Positions 39,137 through 48,456 of a DNA stretch of 64,000 nt are shown here, one piece after another. Made by a program: the position numbers and the translations under genes. The stretch's first letter is position 1; each line of letters starts with the position of its first letter. The stretch is from Savitreella phatthalungensis (taxonomy: Eukaryota): assembly GCA_051599415.1 (NCBI GenBank), contig AP039691.1:558001-622000 (forward strand), read 5' to 3'. The notes beneath the pieces were generated by a model. It saw only the letters and a list, made by a program, of their open reading frames with translations, did not search any database and was not told the DNA's origin.

Positions 39137-41515
39137 CTACAGTGTGGCTGGCGTGTCGGTGGGATCACGTTCTGGTCCTGGTTGGTCGATATCTTCCAGT
39201 TCGATCGGCCTCCTCCGGACTGACTGCCTAGGCGGCAGAGTCGGAGCAAGGGCTGTGATCGCCGTCGGTGCAACTGAGGCGGTCTCTGGTGTCGGAGGGG
39301 CTGAAATTCGTGGTGGGAGCAAGGGCGGTGGCGATGCTGCTAGATCTTGTAAGACTGCCTTGTCGAACGGTTGATGGACCGATTCGACGTCAGTATCACC
39401 ATCAACAGCGTCGACATGATCCGACGTGGAGAGTGGGCCAGTCACTGATGATGCAGACACTACGCCATCCTTCTCGGATGTGTCATACGTGGCTGTGGCC
39501 GGTTCGGAGTCGATCGACACAGCCATAGTTGACGTGGTCGGCGGCGGACTGTATCCAGGAGGCAGCTTCTTGATGTGCAGACGGCCAAGGTACTTGGCCA
39601 CGTCGACGTAGAGGACAGCGCGCCCACCAACGTCGAGCTTGCCTCTCGCTGCGAGCTTGGTGAATTTGGCCACGGCTTTCGCCAGCTCAGCATCTCGGAC
39701 TCCCCACGCCAGGCCTTTCTGCTTCGCGAGTTTCGTTGCCTTGATTGCTAGATCTCGACCGACAGCTTTCCAGGATGAGCCGGATGGCGCTGAGGTTGTG
39801 CCAGTGGATGTGGCAGTGGACGAGCGGGACAGAGCGCTCGGCGGCGGCGTGCGCTTCGCTTCGTTGACAAAGTCGCGAGCCATAGACGAGAGTGATGACA
39901 TCAGAGCATTGCCTCGGCCTGTGTTGAAAGGCCGTCGAGCCGCAGGGCTGACCGGCTTCACCTCTTCGACGCCCTGGGTTCCAGATGCATTTTCTGCATC
40001 GAGGGCGGAAGCCAAACCGGATGGAGCGCGCTTCCCCTCCAGAGTTTCGTCCGCTGCAGGACTACTTATAGGAGTATCTTCGGCAGGTCTCGGACGAGGT
40101 CCTGTCGCGATGTCCAGCATGGTGGCTGCCTTGATAAAGGCCGCGCCGATTGTCAAGAGCTCGGTGTTGAAGACGCCTGGCAGTCTCGCCAAGTACTCTA
40201 ACACGACGCGTGTTTTGACATAATGATCTGGGTTTACTGGCGCCAGACGATCGTGCAGCGGCAACAGCCAGACTGGCAGGGAGACAATCGTCTTTATTCC
40301 TGTCAGCCGTGCCAAGACCTCATCACTGTCAGCCTCGGAATGGCGATATGCTGTTGATGTGCCGGCAGTCAGAGCAGGCCGCCAGATTGCAGCCAGATCG
40401 TCGCCTTCTGGTGCGGCAGCGACAGGCTCACGAGTACTTAGTGGCACACCTGGCACAATTCGCACATCCTCGAGGACGATGGAGAGAGTGCCGGCTTCGA
40501 GCCAACTGAATACCTTCCGAATAAGACGGGAGATCTCTGGATCTTTATGCGATCGACGGAAGCCAGCTTGTTCCATGGCTTGCGTCACTCGTCGTCCAGG
40601 CGCAGCGCAGGACAGCTTTACGATGACGATTGGATGGAGCCAGCAGAAAGCCGCCATGATGAAACGTGCGAGCGTCGGAGGCGGCGTCACGAGCAGGAAA
40701 GAAAACAGCCGATTACGCAGGTCGCTCAGTAAGACAGAGCGGGTAGGTGCGACAGGTTCGCTGTCCGATGCCTTGCTATCAGTGTGCAATGCGATAGGAG
40801 GCTTGACTGATGTGGAATCACGCTGAATCTGTGGCACTTGCTCCTGACGCATTGTCTCCTCGATAGCTGCTGCGAGCGGATCCTCGTCCAGGGAAGATCG
40901 CGGTGAATCCTCTGAAAGTGAAGCGATTGAGGGCGGACGAGAGATATTCTGCTTGTTGCGAGATTCGACCACACCGTGAGCACTCGTTATATTGAGGCCG
41001 CCGCCGATCACCAGCACTACTCCCGAGGCGGCAATTTTGAAGCGCGTTGTAGGGTCAAGTGAGAATTGAGCATTGATGCTGGCAAACTCTAAGCGGCGCT
41101 TCGGCAGGCAGAGGGTCACAGGTCCTATGTCGAAGTATCCATCGTCAGGGAGAATCAAGCGCGGTAGATCGAGGTCTGCCACGCGTTTCTCAAGAGCTTG
41201 GACTTTCGAGGCGATTGCATCAGTCAGTGGAGCACAGAATCTGCGAGCAGATGGACTCAGAGCTAGCGTCGCAGTAGCTACGAGCGTGTGAACGAGGGAA
41301 GAGTAGAGGAATAGTAGGGTTATGCTTGAACTTGCCAGCTTTGCACAGACCAGTGTGGCGAGCAAGGCCCCCAGCGAATGAGCACGATGAGTAGGATAAG
41401 TTCGAGCGCAGAAGACTGCAAACACAGCTGCAGCTGGGTAGCCACTCAAAAGAAGACGGAGATCTGCAAGCGCATAGGTGGCTGCTAGGAGCACGCCTGC
41501 CAGAGGCAAGTCCAT
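39137..41515 (-). CDS. Hypothetical protein with N-terminal TM segments
   Basis: 792-aa uninterrupted ORF; hydrophobic first ~90 aa; globular blocks separated by S/P/T-rich linkers; no family recognised. Confidence 0.8.
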   Translation of the reverse strand: MDLPLAGVLLAATYALADLRLLLSGYPAAAVFAVFCARTYPTHRAHSLGALLATLVCAKLASSSITLLFLYSSLVHTLVATATLALSPSARRFCAPLTDAIASKVQALEKRVADLDLPRLILPDDGYFDIGPVTLCLPKRRLEFASINAQFSLDPTTRFKIAASGVVLVIGGGLNITSAHGVVESRNKQNISRPPSIASLSEDSPRSSLDEDPLAAAIEETMRQEQVPQIQRDSTSVKPPIALHTDSKASDSEPVAPTRSVLLSDLRNRLFSFLLVTPPPTLARFIMAAFCWLHPIVIVKLSCAAPGRRVTQAMEQAGFRRSHKDPEISRLIRKVFSWLEAGTLSIVLEDVRIVPGVPLSTREPVAAAPEGDDLAAIWRPALTAGTSTAYRHSEADSDEVLARLTGIKTIVSLPVWLLPLHDRLAPVNPDHYVKTRVVLEYLARLPGVFNTELLTIGAAFIKAATMLDIATGPRPRPAEDTPISSPAADETLEGKRAPSGLASALDAENASGTQGVEEVKPVSPAARRPFNTGRGNALMSSLSSMARDFVNEAKRTPPPSALSRSSTATSTGTTSAPSGSSWKAVGRDLAIKATKLAKQKGLAWGVRDAELAKAVAKFTKLAARGKLDVGGRAVLYVDVAKYLGRLHIKKLPPGYSPPPTTSTMAVSIDSEPATATYDTSEKDGVVSASSVTGPLSTSDHVDAVDGDTDVESVHQPFDKAVLQDLAASPPPLLPPRISAPPTPETASVAPTAITALAPTLPPRQSVRRRPIELEDIDQPGPERDPTDTPATL

Positions 41516-42013
41516 ATGAGAGTATGGTGAAGAATACTAGTGAATCATGATCTTGAAGCGCTGTGATGATCCTCGGGGAGTTAGCGGCCTGTACCAGACG
41601 AGGATGCACAGAGAGTAGAAGTAGAAGATGAGCGAGTACAGCTTGTCCGGGAAGTACTCCTGATGACAGGCTGGTAGGGTGAGTGTCTGAGATGGACCGT
41701 AGATGTAGGCTCTTAGTACATATGGATGACGTGCACGTCTTCAAGGAGATTGATCGATATCTGCTCCTCTTCATGCACGTGCAAAAAATGAGAGGCACGT
41801 GTGTTTCAGCCACAGATTGCAATTGACTGCGCCACTTAGGTAGTATAGACACGTGACCCAGAAGGGAAAAATTCTTGTGAGAGACGCGCACAAGGAAGCA
41901 GCAAGGCAAGCAAGCAAGCAATTCTCTGAGTTTCTCCATCCCTCATCGTGTTCATCCAAAAACACCGCACTCGTTATAACTCTTTCCTCTTACCTCACTA
42001 GCACCTGATCATC

Positions 42014-43030
42014 ATGGTCAACGCTGCACCGGTGCCTCAGGTACCAGCGGCCACAGACATCGATAGCAGCACGCCCCTGCGTACCGTTCGCGTCGATGCG
42101 CTTGTCGTGCTCAAGATTGTCAAGCACTGCAGGCAAAACTACCCACAGCCAGGTGCAACGGGTCAGCTGCTAGGACTTGACGTCAAGGATGTGCTCGAGG
42201 TGACAAACTCCTTCAGCTTCCCTGACGCTCAGGAAGGCGAGGACGCAGGAAGTGCTGCAAAGGCAAAGACAAACCACATGCACAACATGCTAGCGTGCCT
42301 GCGCGACGTCGGTGTCGACAACAACGTCGTCGGCTGGTACCAGTCTGCCTACCTCGGCACCTTCCTCTCTTCCCAGCTCACAGACACGCAGTTCGCATAC
42401 CAGCAGCAGCTCAACGACCGTTCCATCGTTCTCGTCCATGACTTGTGCACGTCTAACGCCGGCAACCTGTCCCTGCGAGCATACCGCCTCACCCCGAACT
42501 TCATCGCCGCTCACAAGCAGGGCAAGATCACGGCTGCTCAACTCCACAAGCACCGTCTCACCCACCGCGATATCCTCGAGGAGCTGCCTGTCGAGATCCG
42601 CAACTCCCACCTGGCCACTGCACTACTGGCTGAACTGACACCTGTGCCTTCAGCAGACGAGAGCCTGTCACTAGACCAACACTCTCTGGGTGTGCCGAAC
42701 TTTGACTCGCTCGACCTGTCGATCGACCCTTACCTGGACAAGAACCTCGACTTCCTGCTGGAAGGTGTGGACGACTGGTCGTACGAGCAGAACACGCTCG
42801 GCTACCACGCTCGTCAGCTCCAGCGTGAGCAGAACCGCCGTCGTCAAGACAACGCAGCCCGCGCACAGCAGGGACTCCCACCGCTCGACACACCCATCAC
42901 CCTGCCGAACGAGCCAAACCGTCTGGAGTCACTCCTCGTCTCAGCACAGATCGATCAATACTGCTCACAGATCGAGGAACACTCTCAATCTGCCATGTCG
43001 AAGCTCTACTTTGCCTCTGGCGCAGTCTAA
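42014..43030 (+). CDS. EIF3H: Translation initiation factor eIF3 subunit h (MPN domain)
   Basis: VDALVVLKIVKH, GQLLGLD, LEVTNSF.FP, VD.N.VGWYQS, LSLRAYRL, EPNRLESLL. Confidence 0.93.
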   Translation: MVNAAPVPQVPAATDIDSSTPLRTVRVDALVVLKIVKHCRQNYPQPGATGQLLGLDVKDVLEVTNSFSFPDAQEGEDAGSAAKAKTNHMHNMLACLRDVGVDNNVVGWYQSAYLGTFLSSQLTDTQFAYQQQLNDRSIVLVHDLCTSNAGNLSLRAYRLTPNFIAAHKQGKITAAQLHKHRLTHRDILEELPVEIRNSHLATALLAELTPVPSADESLSLDQHSLGVPNFDSLDLSIDPYLDKNLDFLLEGVDDWSYEQNTLGYHARQLQREQNRRRQDNAARAQQGLPPLDTPITLPNEPNRLESLLVSAQIDQYCSQIEEHSQSAMSKLYFASGAV

Positions 43031-43165
43031 GAAGATGATGAAAGCAATAGACTTCTTAGCCTAACATCCGTCCTTTTGTATGTACATAGTCATCATCATC
43101 ATCGTCATTCCTACAATTGAACCTATATATGTGGATTCGGTCTGTGTTGGGATAGCATCCATTCC

Positions 43166-44254
43166 TCAGAGTCTCGCCTTCTTCAAATCGTCCCCGTTTT
43201 CCACCACGTCTGCTATATCGACAGGCAGTTTATCTACGCGTGAGATGTGGCCTGGAACACCTCGCTTGACCCAGTCGTCGTCGTTGCGTGAGTCGTAGAC
43301 GATTTTTGGTGTGGGTCCAGAGGAATCTACCATCTGAACGCGATCGACAATCTTCTTCCTGCCGAGGACGGAGATGGCTCTGCGAGCGTCCCGCCAGCTG
43401 CGCTCGATCAGTTGTGGTGGCACATGTCGACCTGTCTTTGTCGCCCGCTTCTCAGCGCGACGGAGCACTTCGGCTAGCGGGCAATGGATGTGGACGAGCT
43501 CTAGCCGGTACTGTGGGTGTTGCTCGCGCAGGCGAGGTAGTGTGCTGAGGTACCACGGGTACGATCGGAGTGAGCCGTCGAGGACGATGTCGGCTGAGCG
43601 TGCAAGGGCGGCGTGGAGGAGGACTTCCGTGACGAGTCGTGCCTCGTGCCGTAGGCGTGTCCGCGGATCCGTCGGTGGGGGCAGCGACGCCCGCACAGGT
43701 TTGTCTCCGGGAGATAGAGGCTGCAGCATCGCATCCTTGCTCTCAAACCACGCCTCGTCCTTAGCACTGTACCCGGGCAATCGAGCGGCAATGTCGTCAG
43801 GATCAATCAGCACGTACTCAAATGGTAGGCGAGACAGGTAGTGAGATTTGCCAGCACCCATTGCACCAGCAGTCAGTACCAGCACCGGCGAGCTCCCTCG
43901 TGAGAATGGCCGCGATAGGGCTCTTGTCACGTACTCGTCCTGTACACGCAGTCGACTCGGTGAAACAGGCCGATGATAGTCATAGTCCAGACCTGCTCGG
44001 ATGGCAGCATATGGTGATGTGTATGTTGGAGTGTGCATAGATGGTCGATGCACGGATGGTACTGAATCGACAGTTGCAGTCGTGGAAGCTGTGGAGACTG
44101 ACGCGGACAGTGCAGATAGCGATGCCGAAGGGGAAAGCCGCACGCTTGTGCGATGTTTTAAGCCTGCTGCAATGCGCAGAATAGAATGTGGAAGCGAGTT
44201 GCGCTGAGGATGAGCAAGAAGTAGACGCCTGCAGGCTGCGCAAACGGAGCGCAT
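43166..44254 (-). CDS. Zeta-toxin-like P-loop kinase
   Basis: Walker A TAGAMGAGKS, IDPDDI, IVLDGSL, lid RAEKRATKTGRHVP; Arg/Ser-rich N-terminus; C-terminal KKARL. Confidence 0.85.
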   Translation of the reverse strand: MRSVCAACRRLLLAHPQRNSLPHSILRIAAGLKHRTSVRLSPSASLSALSASVSTASTTATVDSVPSVHRPSMHTPTYTSPYAAIRAGLDYDYHRPVSPSRLRVQDEYVTRALSRPFSRGSSPVLVLTAGAMGAGKSHYLSRLPFEYVLIDPDDIAARLPGYSAKDEAWFESKDAMLQPLSPGDKPVRASLPPPTDPRTRLRHEARLVTEVLLHAALARSADIVLDGSLRSYPWYLSTLPRLREQHPQYRLELVHIHCPLAEVLRRAEKRATKTGRHVPPQLIERSWRDARRAISVLGRKKIVDRVQMVDSSGPTPKIVYDSRNDDDWVKRGVPGHISRVDKLPVDIADVVENGDDLKKARL

Positions 44255-44644
44255 ACGAGAGTCTACTATCTCTTGTGAACTCTCAGACTCGCCTGATGAG
44301 AGTAGAAGACCTATTTGACTCCTTTCTAGGCAACTGACTTGCGTGAAAGGTCTTTATTGAGTGTTGAAGTTGCTCTTGTGACACCCAATCTGAAGTGCTT
44401 ATCTATCCACTGTATGTACTGTACATGTGCTCATGTGCCTTTGGACTGCAGCGTAACCTGCATTCATTGCTGTTCAGAGGAAGATGCACAAAAATCATTA
44501 AATCTTGATCTCTGCAGTATAGAGGATATCATCAAGTGTGCTCGTGTAGGAAGCACTATCAGTCAGTCAAACGTACAGCAGCTCATACAGCTCTTCATAC
44601 TCATCTAAGAAGCTGTATATCTACTCGATTAGGGCTGCTCATGG

Positions 44645-46441
44645 ATGACGTTACTTCAAGGCGTCTTTGCAGGCTGGCTCGTTCGTGCAGGTCGATGCGC
44701 AATCCACAAGTCAGCGGTGCCTGCAACACAGCCACGACTCCAATCATGCGGCAACCTAAAAGCTGGGAACTTCTTCGGCAGGCGTAGTCTGTCTACGCGA
44801 CTGCTGACTACCCACGCACAGATCTCTGGTCAGTATGTCCGTAACGACGCTGAAGACGCACTCGCGCTTGTATATGCTGATCTGGACGAGTTGGCGAGTC
44901 GCAAAGGTCGTGATGTGGGAGCGGCAGAGGCTGAGTATCAGGAGAGAGATAAAGGACCAGTCCGATCGCGCACGCCCTTGCCAAAGGCGGCCCAGCCGTT
45001 GGAAGTGCCGAGACTCGGCTTCTTTGCCTCGCTCGCACAGCGCAAGATCCTCGATCACCTTGATATGTGGGATATGGATGCAGATGAGGTTTGGGAGAGG
45101 TGGCAGCTCCTACCGGGCGACCGCGTCCGTGTCGTTTCCAGAGAAGCACTTACACAGATCCTCATCGCCGTGCGCAATCAAGCAGGCTCGCCGGTCACAC
45201 AACGAGTCGCCCTTCGGTACCTGTCAGTCTTCGAAGCCATGCTGGAGCATGAAGATATCGTCCCTACCATCGGAGAATTCAATCGAGCGATCATCTGCGC
45301 CGGTAGAGGACTTCGTCGGGCTCCTGCAGCAGACTTCGATCGAGCTCTTGCCTTTGCCGACAGGCTAGAACGGACACATGGGCCGCTCGAGCTTGTCACG
45401 TACAACATCCTGCTCGACATTGCTCTGCGAACGAGAGGAGCTGGATTCCGACAACACGCCGTCAAGCAGGTCCTTGAACGCATGCGGCAGAACAACGTCG
45501 CCTTTGATAAATACACGTACACCGCATTGATGCGCTGGGCAGGCGAGAAGGGCAAGAAAAGGACTGTCAAGGCGCTTTACAGCCGATTTGCAAGCGAAGG
45601 CGTCGTCGACACTGTCGTCGCAAATTGTCTGCTCGTCTCGCTCCTGAGAGCTGGAGATGTCAAAGGCGCTGAGCGCGTCTACAAAGCCCTCATGGCGGGC
45701 ACGCCCATCATCGCCACACGTCTTCTCAATTCTTTCATCGAAGATGAGTCCCATGTGGCCTATACTACAGACCTACGACCAGATGCAGCATCCTTCAATC
45801 CACTCCTCCGGTACTATTGCCGTATCGGCAACCACACACGCGTCCGCGAGCTTCTCGTCGACATGGAAGCTCATGGTGTGAATGAGGACAACGCAACATT
45901 CGTCTCACTAATGTCGGCATTTGGTGAGCACGGACGATCAGCTGCGATGAACGAAGTCTTCACTACACGCCGCCAAGTCCTTGCAAGCGTCTCCGGCGAG
46001 GTCAGTCCCGTGCGGTCGTCTCACTGGACGCTGGACCGGCTGGAACGCGTGTTTGAGGGAATGCTCGCTCGGCAGGATATTGTCTTCAATCGACAGCTTG
46101 TCCGTGCTGCTCTAACGGCATTCTCTCGCTGTGCGGACTCCTCCGAGCGCGTGACGGAGGCTTGGGAGCAGATGGATGAGGTCTGGAGGGTTCGCGAAGG
46201 TGGGACGCTAGACTCACGGTCGCTCTCACTCATGCAGGAACTCGCTTACAGGCAGCGCATCTCCCACGGCAGGGCTCGACGTGCGCAGCACGAGCTAGTT
46301 AAGGCCGAGGAACGTCTCGCTCGTGTCAAGCACATAAGAGGCAGCAGGGACGGCAATCCTGCCGAAGCTCGTCTCTCCCATATAGAGTCTTCACACGTGG
46401 AAGATCTCCCTGATTGTCGGACAGCCGTCGCAGACAGCTGA
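44645..46441 (+). CDS. Mitochondrial pentatricopeptide repeat (PPR) protein
   Basis: Repeated PPR-like units (PTIGEFNRAI, LVTYNILL, DKYTYTALM, DTVVANCLL, PDAASFNPLL, DNATFVSLM); Arg-rich presequence. Confidence 0.88.
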   Translation: MTLLQGVFAGWLVRAGRCAIHKSAVPATQPRLQSCGNLKAGNFFGRRSLSTRLLTTHAQISGQYVRNDAEDALALVYADLDELASRKGRDVGAAEAEYQERDKGPVRSRTPLPKAAQPLEVPRLGFFASLAQRKILDHLDMWDMDADEVWERWQLLPGDRVRVVSREALTQILIAVRNQAGSPVTQRVALRYLSVFEAMLEHEDIVPTIGEFNRAIICAGRGLRRAPAADFDRALAFADRLERTHGPLELVTYNILLDIALRTRGAGFRQHAVKQVLERMRQNNVAFDKYTYTALMRWAGEKGKKRTVKALYSRFASEGVVDTVVANCLLVSLLRAGDVKGAERVYKALMAGTPIIATRLLNSFIEDESHVAYTTDLRPDAASFNPLLRYYCRIGNHTRVRELLVDMEAHGVNEDNATFVSLMSAFGEHGRSAAMNEVFTTRRQVLASVSGEVSPVRSSHWTLDRLERVFEGMLARQDIVFNRQLVRAALTAFSRCADSSERVTEAWEQMDEVWRVREGGTLDSRSLSLMQELAYRQRISHGRARRAQHELVKAEERLARVKHIRGSRDGNPAEARLSHIESSHVEDLPDCRTAVADS

Positions 46442-46481
46442 AAAGCATTTCACGAAGGACAATCCGAACGCGCCGTGAACA

Positions 46482-48011
46482 TTATCTTATTTGCTCGACA
46501 AGCGCTTCACCGCTTTTCGGGGAATCATCTCTAGAGAGTGCAGCATTCGTTGCTTGTGCTCCCTCATACCTGGCTCGCAATCGACCTGTCTCGAGCAGCT
46601 TGTGAGGGATGGCGTACATGGCATCGACAGCTTCCAGCGGCATCCTGGCCGTCTCCGGCATGAACGCAAAGAAGACCGGTACGAAGGAGGCGTTGATAAA
46701 GGCCGCCATCAGGAAGTACTTCCAACCTATGTGAGCGATCGCATGCGGCGTCATCTGAACAACGGCGAAGTTGATGAGCCAGTTGCTTGCTGTCGATACG
46801 CCAGACCCGAAAGACCTCAGATTGAGCGGCAGAATTTCCGACGGAATCGCCCAAACAACTGCTTGGAACGTCGTGGTGAAGAGACCGAGGTAGAAGAAAA
46901 GGAAAGTAGCAGCCAAGGCGCCAACATACTTTGGCGAATCCCCTTGCTCGATCCGGCGAATCAGTACAGCTTCGATTGCAAATACAGCGGCCATCGCTGA
47001 ACACCCGTACAGCAAGAGCTTTCGTCGGCCTGCGCGATCGATCAGCAGGTGTGGGATGAAAGACGCGAGGAAGAACCAGGTAAAGAGAAATCCAGAGACG
47101 AGCGATGCATCTGAATCATTGAGCCCTGTCTTTGCGAGGATCGGACCACCATAGAAGATGAGCCCGTTGATCAGACCTGCTTGCTGGGCTGCCTGGACGA
47201 AGCATGCCATGGCGAATCGCGCTCTCGGCCTTGTCTCACCGCCTTCTCTCAGAATCTGCCAGGGTTTGGCCGCGCGCTCGCTCTCAACTGTGTCTGAGAT
47301 GTCGCGCAGAATCCTTTGGACCTGGTGTTGGTCATTATGCACCATTCGTGCTACTACAGCACGAGCCTCTTCCTTACGACCTTTGGTCATGAGCCAGCGA
47401 GGTGACTCGGGCGTTGGGAGGGTAAGCGCAACGACGGCGACGATTGCGATGAGCTGCAAGGCGACCGGCACTCTCCACGCTACGGGGTCTCTCGGGTACG
47501 CTCGATTGAAGCCGTAGTCTGCCCAGTATGCGAGCATGATGCCGGCATTGAGACATGAGAGCTGCCTGCAGAATTGCTTACCCCGATCGCCTGCGACGAC
47601 CAGCTCGGCCTGGAGCACAGGCACAGTGGACGAGATACACCCCATCCCAATCCCTGAAACCACCCTCCCGAACCCAATCTCCCACAACCTCCCATCTCCT
47701 GCACCCGCCTGCACACAAGCCCCAACCACCATCAGCACGGCGCCCCCATAAACCCAAACTCGCCTCCCAAAAAGATCACCAGCACCTGCCACACACAGCG
47801 CCCCTGCACAACAACCAATCTCGTACAGGGCGACGACGGTGCCGATGAGGTCGACGTCCGCCTGCTTTGACAGGTGGAAGGATTTGAGGAAAGGTGTGTT
47901 GTTGACCACGCCTCCCATAACCCCGTTATCGTAACCCAGCAGCATGAATGCCGATCCTGCTAGACCGAGGACGACGAGCAGCATGGTCGACGTCGGTGTA
48001 ATACGATACAT
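46482..48011 (-). CDS. MFS sugar porter (STL1-like)
   Basis: GYDNGVMGG, GDLFGRR, GRVVSGIG, PESPRWL, DRAGRR, PSEI.P, PET motifs; about 12 TM helices. Confidence 0.93.
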   Translation of the reverse strand: MYRITPTSTMLLVVLGLAGSAFMLLGYDNGVMGGVVNNTPFLKSFHLSKQADVDLIGTVVALYEIGCCAGALCVAGAGDLFGRRVWVYGGAVLMVVGACVQAGAGDGRLWEIGFGRVVSGIGMGCISSTVPVLQAELVVAGDRGKQFCRQLSCLNAGIMLAYWADYGFNRAYPRDPVAWRVPVALQLIAIVAVVALTLPTPESPRWLMTKGRKEEARAVVARMVHNDQHQVQRILRDISDTVESERAAKPWQILREGGETRPRARFAMACFVQAAQQAGLINGLIFYGGPILAKTGLNDSDASLVSGFLFTWFFLASFIPHLLIDRAGRRKLLLYGCSAMAAVFAIEAVLIRRIEQGDSPKYVGALAATFLFFYLGLFTTTFQAVVWAIPSEILPLNLRSFGSGVSTASNWLINFAVVQMTPHAIAHIGWKYFLMAAFINASFVPVFFAFMPETARMPLEAVDAMYAIPHKLLETGRLRARYEGAQATNAALSRDDSPKSGEALVEQIR

Positions 48012-48456
48012 TGTTTGCGGGACAGGGGGTTATAAAGGCGGTCTGTTCAAAAAAAAGGTCACGCGGCATGCTCCCGAAGCAACCGTGTCTGAGTTTAGGG
48101 GAGAAGAAGAGCCATGTAGATGAGATGATGATGTATGATGATAATCCAAAAATCCATGAGTGGGTCGTGTCACTGGCACGACAAGTGAGGCAAGCAATCG
48201 AGTATGTAGAATTGGGATAAGTACATGCATAGCTAGCTTCGTGAAAAGCCGGACGACCAGATGTAGGTGAAGTGGTCTGTCGGTCTGTCATTGTAGATTT
48301 ATCTATGATTGGTATTGCCAGGGGCCGGCGGACTTGAAACGCGATCGTCATGGCTGCTTTCTTTAGAGATTGAAAGCGCCGTTCATCAACGTAGGCAGGC
48401 CTGTGATGCGTGTATGTGTGTGGGAATGCGTGCATATGAGTTGTTGCTCCATCCAT

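Noticed and set aside
5002..44254. Apparent peroxisome-related cluster (ARL ligase, PEX19, SKL-Ste23, Atg28-like, ARL zeta-like kinase)
   Set aside because: The genes are spread over 39 kb among unrelated housekeeping genes; no evidence of a functional cluster
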